A stretch of 64,000 bases of DNA from contig OX597818.1 of the NCBI GenBank assembly GCA_951406725.2, forward strand, positions 66,340,001 through 66,404,000. Direction: 5' to 3'. Shown here piece by piece: positions 43,098 to 56,246 of this stretch. Within the stretch, counting starts at the first letter, position 1; each line of letters opens with the position of its first letter. The position numbers were made by a program, and so were the translations under genes. A model generated the notes under the pieces. It worked only from the letters and a program-made list of their open reading frames with translations, ran no database searches and was not told where the DNA came from. This DNA is from Octopus vulgaris. Lineage: Eukaryota.

Positions 43098-44071
43098 ATA
43101 CATATATATGAAATCAGAAGATTTCTTTCAATGAGATACTTAATTAGAGGCACGAAGTCTGTTCAGTATTGTTCGTACAGCTAAACTGAATAAAACGCTA
43201 CTTCGCTAACAATGATGTCCAGTTGTAAGTACATTATGGCCATTGCACCCAGTTCCATTTAGTCGATCAATGCAAACATTAAATAAAATTGAAGTAAACC
43301 GCCCCCCTCGGATGAGTGTGACCTAGTAGGGACTACAGTACATGGTTTTCTTTTGCTCTTATTGCATCTGAATGATTTTAAGGACAAATGCCTAAAGCCT
43401 ACTAGGAAGAAGAGTGGCAGAAGAAACTAACGGTGGTCAATAAGGAGGTACAGCTACATTCATGTTTATCCGTATCATACGCAAAAGACCCAATGCAGCA
43501 AGCAGTCTACATCCCTTTAGGATCAAAACAACTGAGAATTGACAGTTAAGTTCTTGTTGGTGGTGATAAATTAATTAATGCCAGGCGTTCGTCTCTACTT
43601 CTATGTCACTATGACCATAAAATCAGCCATACCTACAAAACAGAAGTATGTCTGAGAAGAGGCTAGTAAGATAACGATATAAAGGCGAGGCGATAACGAG
43701 AAAGGGGAGGAACACGGGTGGGTTAACGTATTATGATTATCAACTAAAAGTGTTTGAAAATGGAAACCATTCAGATCTAATCGCTGGAATTAGGAAGTTG
43801 CGTGGGGGATGTGCATCCAAACTTTGCAATAAGGTCACTCTCATCTGAGGGGAGCGGTTTATTTCAATTGTATTTAATGTTTGCATTGATCGACTAAACG
43901 GAATTGTGTGCAATGGCCATAAGGTACTTACAACTGGACATCATTTTTAGCTAATTAGCGTTTTATTCAGCTTAGCTGTACGAACAATACTGAACAGACT
44001 TCGTGCCTCTAATTAAGTATCTCATTGAAAGAAATCTTCTGATTTCATATATATGTATATACATACATACA

Positions 44072-44105
<34 letters not shown>

Positions 44106-44114
44106 CATACAAAC

Positions 44115-44178
<64 letters not shown>

Positions 44179-45152
44179 CGTAGAAGATGTTTTAGTGGGG
44201 AAACAAACATACAATAAAATAAAAATTACAGACTTACCTCCCCTCTACTGCAAAATAGATGAGTGTACGCTTATCTCCCCCTGCAATATTTTATTTTCTC
44301 TAGCAACTTGTCCTTTTCAAATCTGAGCTTCATGAGCAATGCGAAACCGGGCCCAACCCCAATTAGGTTGAAAGAACTAAACAGTATTTTGTACAAAATT
44401 GGTGTGTGAACATAGCCGTAGCATTGCAGTTCGGCAAAAGAGAGCGAGAGAATAAGTCCTGTGGTCAATTTCTTCGACTATATGTCTTTCAACCATGGTT
44501 GCTGTCAAATGGCTGTATAAGTAAATTAATGTTTATCCAAACTGTAAACTTTTAATGCAAAACCTTACTCGTATTTGTTATACATCGTGGAAATATAAAA
44601 ATGTAGAAGAAGAGTTCTTCCTTCAGCGGTTCAAAATGAAAAAAAATCTTATAACGCTATACGAAGAATATCTGTACACCCCTAAAATTGGTCAATTCCT
44701 CAAAAGCATTCGTGAAGTAAAATTATATCACAGCACGAAATGACGGTGCGCCAGCATGGCCACGGCGCGTTTGCTGAAAATACATGAAAAAATTCTAAAT
44801 CGTCTTGCTGAAATCTGAAATCTGACTCAACTTTTCTACTTATGTAGTGTCACACGTGTACTTTAATAGATGGCGGTCCATGAACTGGAAATAGCGTTCT
44901 TGGTACCATAATAATCAAATATCGAGAACTTTATTGACTTGGGAGTGTAATTTTAGAACTTCTGATTCCACGATATTTTGCAAAATAATAAAACACGTAA
45001 CTGATACACATGTTTAGTCGCAGTTTTCCGTTTCCGTCTAGAGTGCACTAATTGCATCTAAATTTGTTTTCCACGCCCCCTTTCTAAATTGTTTAAGGAA
45101 ATCAAGGTAAACTGACATAAACAAAGAAACATATTTTAGATGAATGTCGAAA

Positions 45153-45457
45153 GATAAATAGATAGATAGGTAGGTAGGGAAATAGATAGACAGATAGAAA
45201 ACTAGATCGATAGATAGAGTGACGTACAGATAGACATATATATATATATAGATATATATATAGTAAGACAGACAAGCAAATAAATAGATAGATAGATAGA
45301 TAGATAACTAGATCGACAGATAGATAGGTAGATATATATATATATATATATATATAGATAGATAGGTAGATAAATGGATAATTAGATCGATAGATAGATA
45401 GATAGATAGATTTAAAGATAAGGTTGAGAGATAGCTATAGGTAGATAGTTAGATAGT

Positions 45458-45499
<42 letters not shown>

Positions 45500-45680
45500 T
45501 ATAGATAGACAAACATGCAGATAGCTGGCTAGCTAGCTAGATAGATAGCGAGAGAGAGTGAGTGATATGGGTGTGCAGATAAATAGATAGATAGATAGAT
45601 AGATAGATAACCAAACAGACTGATACATATATGGATAGATAAAGCGATTGATTGATCGAATGATTGAGTGATGACTGATT
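45153..45680. repeat. (GATA)n-type compound microsatellite
   Basis: Directly visible. Confidence 0.93.
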
Positions 45681-46419
45681 AAACCTGATTGCTCCTCTAA
45701 TGTGGCCTATGTGTAACTTTACTTCTCACGAAGCCAATTTTCAGAAAATTCCAGATTTCATCCTAGAATTTTCAAAATGACCAAAGAATTTCTATGGGTA
45801 TCCCTAGTACGTCTCATTAGTGTAACCTGCAATATGGGAAGCGATATTTAAATCTGATGGTGACAATTTTGTTTCACAGCATTTCCATTGTCCAATGACC
45901 AAAGGCTCAATAAATGAACGATGATTTGGTCAATTTGGAATTAGAGGAACAAACATTTGCCAGTATTTGTAATCTTCAGATTATTGTGGCATTAATATTG
46001 AAATGTCAACAGATATTTATGATTTATAAATAGTAAAGGAGAGAGTTCAAACAGCAATACATTTTAAGCCTACGTTTAGCACGTATTATACACATTTTCG
46101 AACAGAATACTGTAATGTAAGGATATTTCGCATTATTAATCTTCGTATACAGCTGATTAATCTGCTTATGAAAGGATCAACATTTGACAGATATATGTGT
46201 GCGTGTACGTATGTGTGTGTGTATATACAAATGTACATATGTAAGTAGAAAGAGAGAGGGAGAGAAAGTGAGAGAGAGTGAAGGTGAGAGTGTCATATGA
46301 TGAGTACGTGGCATTTTGAGTAAATCTTATTGAAACATTCAAACATCTAAACACATTCTCATAATGTAATAAGGAAACTGTTTGTTCTAAGATTTCATAA
46401 AAATGGAATTTATGCATGT

Positions 46420-46812
46420 AAAACTTAGATAAAACTTAGATATGTTTCGACCAAAGATTGGTCCAGGCCATGTCTAAATTAATAGCACCACCTGATAGGA
46501 TTATTCGAATCCTGTTTAAGTCAAGTTTTGTTTATGGTCCATTCAAGTAGTGAGTTCTTGTTGGGTGAGTTGTATCCAATTATGGGTGGCTTATCTGGTA
46601 TTCTTGGAAGGAATCTATCCAGACCCCGTTTAAAGTTGATGGGGTCCTTTTCCTCTTTGATCTCCCTCGGGACAATGTTAAATAGGGCAGGGCCTGTTGA
46701 GGAAAAGAAATTATGTTGCAGTGTACATGTATGCTGTGATCTTGAATTGGGCAGGGGACGTATGGCCCGTGGTCCCAGTCTTGGATGAACCTTGAAGCTA
46801 ATGTTAAGGTCT
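46420..46812 (-). mobile_element. CR1-like LINE 3' terminus, 5'-truncated
   Basis: Minus frame DLNISFKVHPRLGPRAIRPLPNSRSQHTCTLQHNFFSSTGPALFNIVPREIKEEKDPINFKRGLDRFLPRIPDKP..NSLLEW; 3' UTR ends in (ATCTAAGTTTT)2. Confidence 0.85.
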
Positions 46813-47196
46813 TGGCAATGTATTATGTATTATGCATTCATTAATTTAACAGTGTAATATGCCTCATTGATTTAAGTCTAATCCCTCATCGGATACGAGG
46901 CAGTGTAAATATGAAAAATTCTTCATGTAAAACATTGTGAGTTTGTAGAGGTATTTCGTAATAACATCTACAATTTGATAATTGCTGTAGTTAATGAGTT
47001 TCGTAAATCTGGAGGCGGCAATACAATCCCATTCTTCTTCTCCTAATAGAAAACTCTGCACAAAAATTAAGATGCTGAGTAAGATATTTCTGTTATCGCT
47101 TGCTTAATGTTTTCTCTTAATTTTGTGCAGATGACAAACGCTGCAGATAGAAGAGCAGCAGATGTTACAGCAACAGACGTAGCGACTACAAACCGG

Positions 47197-47269
47197 CATC
47201 ATCAACATCATCATCGTCATCATCAACATCGTCATCATCGACATCATCATCATCATCACCATCATCACC

Positions 47270-47300
<31 letters not shown>

Positions 47301-47493
47301 CCACCACCACCACCACCAGCATCATCATCATAATCATCATCATCATCATCATCATCGTCATCATCAACATCATCATCACCACCATCACTATCATCATCAT
47401 CATCATCATAAACATCATCATCATCAACATCATCATCATCATCATCATCATCACCACCACCACCACCACCATCATCATCATCGTCATCATCAC

Positions 47494-47569
<76 letters not shown>

Positions 47570-47710
47570 GATAGTAGTTGTGGTGCTGGTAGTGGTAGTA
47601 ATATTAGAATTGGTGGTGGTGGTGTTACTAGTAGTAATAGTAGTAGTAGTTGTGGTTGTGGTAGTAGTAGTCGTAGTTGTAGATACTGTACTTGTAGGCG
47701 TCGTGGTAGA
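47197..47710. repeat. (CAT)/(CAC) then (TAG)/(TGG) compound microsatellite
   Basis: Directly visible. Confidence 0.95.
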
Positions 47711-47924
47711 GATAGGATTGTGAGTAGATTGACACAAGACAACATATTAAAAGAGAGAAGATGGCGATATGAGAGAGGTGGTGAGTGGAGCTCGTGAGGT
47801 AAATGCCGATAGGGGGATGTGACGAACGCTTAATAAACTGCAGCTTCTATGTTGCAGTATTGATTGTTATCGCAATTTATAGACTTTTCTTTCTTCTTTT
47901 CTTTCCTTCACACACATATATCAC

Positions 47925-47967
47925 TATAATATATATACACACATATGAATATTATATAAATATATAA

Positions 47968-48066
<99 letters not shown>

Positions 48067-48175
48067 CACGTATATAAATATTATATATATATATACTTAA
48101 ATAATATATATATATGTTCGCATATATGCGTACAAATATACGTGTATACAATATATATATTTTATATAAATGTAT

Positions 48176-48232
<57 letters not shown>
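47925..48232. repeat. (TA)n microsatellites
   Basis: Directly visible. Confidence 0.95.
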
Positions 48233-48235
<3 letters not shown>

Positions 48236-49019
48236 GTATGAATGTGTGCTTTGTGTGAGTATATACCATTTTGTCAATGTGCGCTTGCATGTTCATATAA
48301 AATTTATCCCCATATATTAAAAAAAAAAACTCAAAATGTACACATATGCCATTCGTTAGTTCGCCCATCAAAACGTATACTTACCTTTAGAATATCTTTG
48401 TTAACAACATGAATCTAGATATATCGAGCAATTTGTATTCTAGTTGCGTTTTAAAAGGTGTCAAACGTTTTCTTATATCTGTGTTTTGAATCGATAAATG
48501 TTTCCACTTAGAGTGTTCTCTTTGATATGAATGTGTTGTAATATGGTGCACCGATTGGTAAACACGCATGTTTATATATTAGAGATATTGCCATAAAGAA
48601 CCGAATGGTCTTTTGGGACTCTTCTGCAGATTGAAATGTTCAAAAGATAAATGAATTGCTAAGATTGACATAAAAAATTGTATTTTGGAATATAGATATT
48701 AGACACACAAAAATAACACGTTCATATACATACACACAAGCAGCTCTCCCCCTCTCTCTACCTCTTTCTCTCTCTCTCTCTTTCACTCTCGCTCATTCTG
48801 TATGTATTATATATACGTGTGTGTGTTTGTGTGTGTATATATATATATATACATATATATGTGTGTGTATGTGTTCGTTCATCATCATCATCGTGTGTGT
48901 ACATAAATATCTATATGTGTATATATATTATGCACACACACCTCTCTCTCTCTCTCTCAGTCTATCAATATATCTACCTATCTATCTTTGTATATATATA
49001 TATATCATATACACACCCA

Positions 49020-50525
49020 ATGGATCCAGTGTGGTCACCACCGGTATCACTAAAAGGACACTCCAGTGTACTTCACGAACGTAAGGGGATAGTTAAAATT
49101 AGTAACAGAACAAAATTTGCCTTCCTCAGAAATCTACTGGAATTCAATCAAGACTTACTCTCTTTACTCTTTATTCTTTTACTTGTTTCAGTCATTTGAC
49201 TGCGGCCATGCTGCAGCACCGCCTTTAGTCGAGCAAATCGACCCCGGGACTTATTTTTTGTAAGCCCAGTACTTATTCTATCGGTCTCTTTTGCCGAACC
49301 GCCAGGTGACGGGGACGTAAACACACCAGCATCGGTTGTCAAGCAATGCTAGGGGGGCAAACACAGACACACAAACATATACACACACACTTATATATTT
49401 ATATGCATATATACGACAGGCTTCTTTCAGTTTCCGTCTACCAAATCAACTCACAAGGCATTGGTTTGCCCGGGGCTATAGCAGAAGACACTTGCCCAAG
49501 ATGCCACGCAGTGGGACTGAACCCGGAACCATGTGGTTGGTTAGCAAGCTACTTACCATACATCCACTTCTGCGCCTATGTATAGCATTCACAGAAACAC
49601 ACCTAAAACCCGACATAGCAGTTCCACAAATACACATACCACATAATGTGGTACGGCGGTGCGTTAGAAAAAAAAACAGAAGTTATGCTGGAGTTTCAAT
49701 GTACATCCGTGAAAGGTCTCACACCCCGGGTGCTTTTGTCAAACTCAAACTCAGTGTTTAAGAAACTATTTGTGTTAGAAGATAATCCTGACATTGTCAT
49801 AATTACTACATATCGCCCACCAGATTACCCAAATCCCATGGGGCCGTTGGAAGGCTGCTCTGCAAGGATAGAAGATGTCTTGAACAAAATAAAAGATCCC
49901 ATCAATGTAATTCAAATGGGAAACTTCAACCTGCGCAATGTGTAGTGGCTTGAAGGCCTTTTCTTCTCAGGAATGACGCGATGTGAGCACAGTCAGGTGG
50001 AATCCATGCTCAGCCCTACCGAAATGTTATACATTGAACAAATAATACTTCAACCAAGCAGGGAAAACAAAATACTTCACATCTGATTCACAAACAATGA
50101 GGATCTCAACCATAATGTGAAACTGATACCGACACTAGTCTCGGATCACACTATAACAGAACTGAACATGTATGGACCAAAAGAACCCACAGACATGCAG
50201 TCTAGGAGAAGCACCCATAAACTATCCCATCCGAATTACCACAAAGCAGACTGGAAATCAATTGAAGAAGAGATCACTAAACAGGACTTGTCCCAATGTC
50301 TCCCTACACCTGCGATAGATATGAAATTAAAAGCTTTCATATCCATAACGTAAGCCATATGCTAGAACTTTGTCCCAGAGAGGAGGGTCACTGCACATAA
50401 AACAAGATTCGCAGAGAGAGCAAAGTTCTTATGTGTCGGCGCACAAAGATTGCAGTACACCTCAATAGAGAACTCAGTGACAATGAGAAATCCCGCCTGC
50501 AAACAGTACTGGCGCAATTAATTAA
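49020..50525 (+). mobile_element. CR1-like LINE ORF2 relic (APE endonuclease and linker), interrupted by a SINE
   Basis: KFAFLRNLLEFNQDL[SINE]CIAFTETHLKPDI, AGVSMYIRE, ITTYRPPD, MGNFNL, LVSDHT, NYHKADWKSI; multiple stops and frameshifts. Confidence 0.87.
49158..49577 (-). mobile_element. SINE family A, full length, young
   Basis: Nearly identical to 34244-34656. Confidence 0.95.
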
Positions 50526-51901
50526 GAGCCTTTATAGTAACGTAAGCAGGGAATGCAGTGCGTAGCGCACCGTTAAAATTATGCCATATGCGACTTATCC
50601 GTTTTACCAACTAAGCAAGTGAGCAATGACGTTACTGTTTAACCATCAAATTAACGAAAAAAAGTTGTTTAATCAGAATTGATATTATTTCAGAAATATA
50701 AAGTAGTCGGGATGTTTAGCAGAAGTGTTTGTAAAATTAAGAATGATTAAAGACATTTCTATTCTAAAGATGTCACCAAAAGTAGCGACTTCGCTCATAG
50801 AGTGGGGTTCTGGCAAGAGACACTTTCATTGCTGCAGATAAACAAGAGCTAAGCTTGCCATTTGACATGATGAAAAAATATTCTATGGCAGCTGCTGACG
50901 CTAAATATCATTTTTGATTTTAAGAAACATTTTATTCAGTATTGGATGGAATACTTTGTGCATATTTAAAGAAATATTCTTAAATGTTTCATATATGATT
51001 TCAATACATTCCAGAATCACTCGATATCAATCAGAAAGCTTGTTAACTAATGAAAAGGACAAAAAGAAAATACACTTGGGATTAATGTATCTGTATTAGA
51101 AAATGAACACAATTTCGTCGGAACAAAACTGGTAAGAAAGACTGGTACTAGACAAGTAATGCATAAAATACATACTGTCAAAGCTAGGAATTTAGAATAC
51201 AGATGTTGATATCGATTATTTTATTTTTATTTTATTTTGTACTAATGTGAAATATCAGAAAACAATTTCTTTATGAAAATTGCATATTTCTGAATCAATC
51301 AATAAATGATTCTCAAGTCAGTGTAACTGTACAACATTTAAAGTATGGGAATTACTTCCTTAGCCTCACAAGCAAAACCATTCAGATAACAATCTCTACC
51401 GCACAAATTTACTTAATGCAATTTTTATTTCAAATATAATTTTTTCAGAGAAAAAAATTATTCATAAAGACTGTGAGAAATTTTATACGTTACATTTCAT
51501 TTAAGTATGTTTTTTCCTTTATAAATATCGGAAAACTGTAAATTATAATCAATTCGATAATACACCTTAATATCTTCAGCGATATTAAAGTGCCCAAAGA
51601 CTTTATGTAGACACCAGTACATGCATATACACTCAGACACATTTGTACGCATGTATGTCTATCTTCATACATATATAAATATTTATATGCTTGTGTCAGT
51701 ATACGGTTCTGATATTGTGCTATTATATACGTGCTACGATATCGAAGGGAATATCGGTTTAGAACCTCTCCATTTCATATACCTTCACATGTGCGTATAT
51801 CTTGGCAACAATTTAAAAAAATTGCGCTAATATGAATTCAAAGAACATATTCGTCTATTACTAGGATTATATGTTGCATTTACGGAAGAACACAATGTGT
51901 G

Positions 51902-51936
<35 letters not shown>

Positions 51937-52169
51937 AAGGGAGTGTGTGTATATGTGTGTGTGTGTGTGTTCGCGTGTGAGTGAATATATCTGTGCACTT
52001 GTGCTGTGCATATCAGGGATTCCAGATGGATATTTATGCAGATGTATTTCGAACGGTTCCACATGAACAACTTGCAGATCACGTAGGATCCTTGCCAGGA
52101 TGTTAAACATTTCTGATCCCCTGAAGCTCAGGCTTTTGCAATACTGGCTCCTTATGAAGAAGACGGTAC

Positions 52170-52248
52170 CATTGGCTTAGTGATCAAGAGCATGGTCTAG
52201 TAACCACAAGATTCCGAGTTCGATTCCAGACAGTGACCTAAATAATAA

Positions 52249-52311
<63 letters not shown>

Positions 52312-52413
52312 CATAAAAAGATATTAGGAATGAGACCCCAGTTCGAAACGCTGTGTTTAGGACAAACACGATGAGGGCAAATATCCGTCAAATGTAAATA
52401 ATGTAAATAATGT
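52170..52413 (+). mobile_element. SINE family D (tRNA-like head, (TAG)n, tail; hammerhead core deleted)
   Basis: ggcttagtgatcaagagc...aagattccgagttcgattccagacagtgacc(taa)(tag)n...attaggaatgagaccccagttcgaaacgctgtgtt...gatgagggcaaatatccgtcaaatgtaaataatgtaaataat. Confidence 0.8.
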
Positions 52414-52659
52414 ATTGCAGACAGGTAAAATTATTTCTCATACACTAACATTTTCTTTTCCCATAATGCTGGTTTCGAAAAGGTAGTAATCTGATGGATA
52501 TCAACTTGTGGAATAAATATGTTAATCTTATACTTCTTAATTCTCTTTGTATCCTATGTGTTTTTGTGTGTGTATGCGTGCGTGTACATGTGCGCATGTA
52601 AACATATATGTATTGCACCCTTCACACACATATATATGTGTGTGTATATATATACTTGT

Positions 52660-52690
<31 letters not shown>

Positions 52691-52692
<2 letters not shown>

Positions 52693-52989
52693 GAGACGCA
52701 ATGGCCCAGTGGTTAGAGCAGCGGACTAGCGGTCGTAGGATCGCGGTTTCGATTCCCAGACCGAGCGTTGTGAGTGTTTATCGAGCGAAAACACCTACAG
52801 TTCCACGAGGCTCCGGCATTGGGTGGTGGAGACCCCTGCTGTACTCTTTCGCCACAACTTTCTCTCTTTCTTCTGTTGGCCTGCTCGCTTAGCCAGAGAG
52901 GTGGCGTCATTTGAATGCTAAAACAATGCGAAGCGCATTGTGACAAGAGATATGTAGCAACATCTGTAGCCTGGTCGGTCACGGTGACG

Positions 52990-52993
<4 letters not shown>
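52691..52993 (+). mobile_element. SINE family C, tail type 2
   Basis: The first ~170 bp match 28520-28898 (minus); the 3' part gcctgctcgcttagccag...ggtcacggtgacggtga is unrelated to that copy's tail. Confidence 0.9.
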
Positions 52994-53039
<46 letters not shown>

Positions 53040-53041
<2 letters not shown>

Positions 53042-53692
53042 GTGAAGGGATGAAATGGAGCCGAACGAAGATTCTACAAAATTCCGTTTTATTATTTTCT
53101 ACACATGTTTCAAAGGCTGCAAATTCCCAAATTCGGATTGAATAAGGAGACCATTCTGCAGCTTTCTCTTCAGGAAAATCCAGGAATTTAAAATCTCCAA
53201 ACAAATGCGCAGCAAGCTTTTCAAACATACATAGGCGCATACACACACACAGACATGTAGGTAGTTCCTCACACCCAAATAAGATAGCTGTCATTCTTAA
53301 AACAATTTGAACATTAACACTAGTTATACAGAATATATTCACACTCTTCGGGTTTTCTGTGATTCTTCCCCTACCTGATTTGACCGTGGTTTGACCTAGG
53401 TTTATTCCAACGGACTTTTTCGTCAGCCTTCACCCACTCTGACGTCAGCGCATATTGAGAGACAGTTTTGTGCCATTTTTACCATGGGCTCCTAGGGAGC
53501 GTTTTGTTCGAAATGTTTGCTGCGCATTTGTTTTGAGATTTTTAATTCCTGGATTTTCCTGAAGAGAAAGCTGCAGAATGGTCTCCTTATTCAATCCGAA
53601 TTTGGGATTTTGCAGCCTTTGAAACATGTGTAGAAAATAATAAAAAGGAATTTTGTAGAATCTTCGTTCGGCCCCATTTCATCCCTTCACTA
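53040..53692. mobile_element. MITE/foldback element with ~185-bp TIRs, in TA context
   Basis: tagtgaagggatgaaatggagccgaacgaagattctac...aaatgcgcagcaa (53040-~53227) versus ttgctgcgcattt...gtagaatcttcgttcggccccatttcatcccttcacta (~53505-53692); few mismatches. Confidence 0.92.
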
Positions 53693-53870
53693 AATATATA
53701 AAACTTCAATTATCCGCGCTAAAGCACGGGGGTGAAACCCCATGGTCGCAACCTCAACCGTGTCTTTTCTGGTGTGATTTTTGCTACACAGGTATCGGTT
53801 AAATTTTGAATAATCCGTAACAAGATAATTCATTTATCCATTTCATTAAATATATATATATATATATATA

Positions 53871-54243
53871 CTAGCAGTATCGCCCGGCGTTGCTCGGGTT
53901 TGTAAGGGAAATAACTATAAAGCATTTTTAGAGAGTTATAGCCAAAAAATAGCAAAATAATGGAAAAAAAATGATGGTAAATTTTTTTTTAGTTAAAAAA
54001 GGAGGAGTTGCGTCCCCTAGACGGTCTGTGGTTTGGGTTTCTGATTCTCGACCCCATGTCGAATTTATCGATTTTTTTCAGAACTGGGGGAACTTTTCAA
54101 AATTTTCGCTGCGTTAGTTTTGAATTATGACATTGGGCTATGTGTGTGTCAAGTTTCATCAGAATCGGTTGAAAGCCGTGGTCAGAGTGAGGGTACGAGA
54201 AAACAGACACACAGAAAACGCACAGACAAACTGCCGTTTATAT

Positions 54244-54246
<3 letters not shown>
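53871..54246 (-). mobile_element. non-autonomous Helitron, second subfamily
   Basis: Minus strand: A|TCtatataaacggcag ... cccgagcaacgccggg-cgatactgCTAG|T; only the 3' ~120 bp are shared with the other two Helitrons. Confidence 0.87.
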
Positions 54247-54285
<39 letters not shown>

Positions 54286-55356
54286 ATATGTATATGAATG
54301 TATGTATATAACTTTGTGTGTATATGTACGTGCGTAAATAAATAGGTATATCTTTAGACAAACAACTTCCCTCTATTGTTAATCTTCAAACCAAGCATTC
54401 GTCTCGTGTAATTTGAATATCGATATACAACATCGTCTTCTTATAACCATAGAATTATTTTTCTTTCCGACAGAATTGCCTTCTACATATATACACACAC
54501 AATGGATGCATTTTTACAATTTTCTTAGCCTTTGTTGTGTTTAACTTTCAGTGGAATTTCAACTTTTACACTAGTTCTCTAAAGTCAGAAAAATTAATTT
54601 AACTCTTTAATCATAGCAGTGTTCAGCAAATGAACGACAGACAAATGTTTTTTGTTGTTGTTGAATACTGCCCAAAGGATTGATGATTTATCATTAAAGT
54701 TAATTAACTAAAATGAAGCCCTCCGGCCGAAGATTAATCTCGCTCGGAGTAAATTATATTTCAATCAATGTTTTACTCAGGATGTATATGTTTGCCTTAC
54801 ATCGTTATGTTGTTCGTCATTGTCGCTGATTAAAACAAATAATGTTGATCGTATCAGTTTCAATGCTACATCAGTGTAACTTTCTCACTTTTATGTCGTT
54901 TTCTATACTCTGTCTATTTGCGATACATATGATGGCAAAATATGATATAGAAATGAATGCGAGTTTGATAATAAAATGTTGATAACATTTAGAGAGAATT
55001 GAGGGTTTGACATTAAAAAGAAAATGGAAATTTTTAGATACTATTGTAACTCTGAGATGTTATGCATATTTACTTAGCCAGATAAGAATGCCTTGTTTTC
55101 TGCAACAACAATCGGGTGTATATTTAGAGAAATGGATGAAAACCCATTAATATGTTCTGAGTACGTCTCTACATAAATTATGGTCTCGAAATCTTAAACT
55201 ACAATGTAAATAAAAATACCTACTCTGTACACACACAAACACACTTGCACACATACATGTACACAGGAAAAGGAGGCGGTGTACGTGAGTAATCAGCAAG
55301 AAATAATAGAAAACGAATAAATTATATAAACTCGCTAATATTATATCTATATACAT

Positions 55357-55409
<53 letters not shown>

Positions 55410-56246
55410 AAATACAAAAAGCTAGTTCTAAAACGTCTCTCTAAGAGATGAATGCAGTAGTTGTACTAGCAACTAATGTAAGTAGTCATTTCAACGCCGC
55501 TGTTCTGTTTCAACAGACTTTACAGTGATCATTGAACCCTAAGATAGCATCTCCTGTAGATGCTTAGCGATGCAAACCTGCATTCATTCGATGTTATTGT
55601 AAGCATGGGAGCGAACCCTGCTATCTTCTTGCTACGGAACCAGCATACAAAGATAAATATATAGATAGACTGATAGATATATAGAGAGATAGGTACATAT
55701 AAATAGATACTACACACACACACATATATATATATACGTTATATATTTTAATAATTACTGCTATTTTATATATGTAAAGCATAATATGTTATACGTGTAT
55801 GTATACTGTTGTAATTGGTTTTTTTTTAATGAATAGACATAATATAGTGTCGAAAAGTTGATGAATACCACCTCTTGATCCCCTCCATTTTCTTATTGCC
55901 GTATAAATTAAGAGTAAAACAACTTTTTACCCTCACCCATTTATTACATTTTGTAGTGTAATTGATATGCAATGAAAAAAACACTTGTGTATTAATAATT
56001 GGGTATTCTACTAGCAAGTATGTTGGATAGATATTATCCCTTAGTTGGTTAGATTCACAACCTCTAACTCTCTCGAAAGAAGTTTTGTTGTAGAAACCAA
56101 GAGGTTCTAAACCAGAACGATGTGTGATACAGATAGATGACTGCGAGAAAACTGTTTCCATGGAATACTTATATAGAGTGTGAGCTATAGTGTAGCGATG
56201 TGATTCAATTGGAGCTATTCTTGTTTGGAAATTCTATACAGACCAT

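Larger units (their letters stand above)
42210..44692. repeat. long inverted duplication: arm 1 42210-43324, arm 2 43832-44692, spacer ~507 bp
   Basis: Continuous reverse-complement similarity, e.g. gaaccgctgaaggaagaactcttcttctacatt / aatgtagaagaagagttcttccttcagcggttc and gaggcacgaagtctgttcagtattgttcgtacagct / agctgtacgaacaatactgaacagacttcgtgcctc. Confidence 0.95.
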
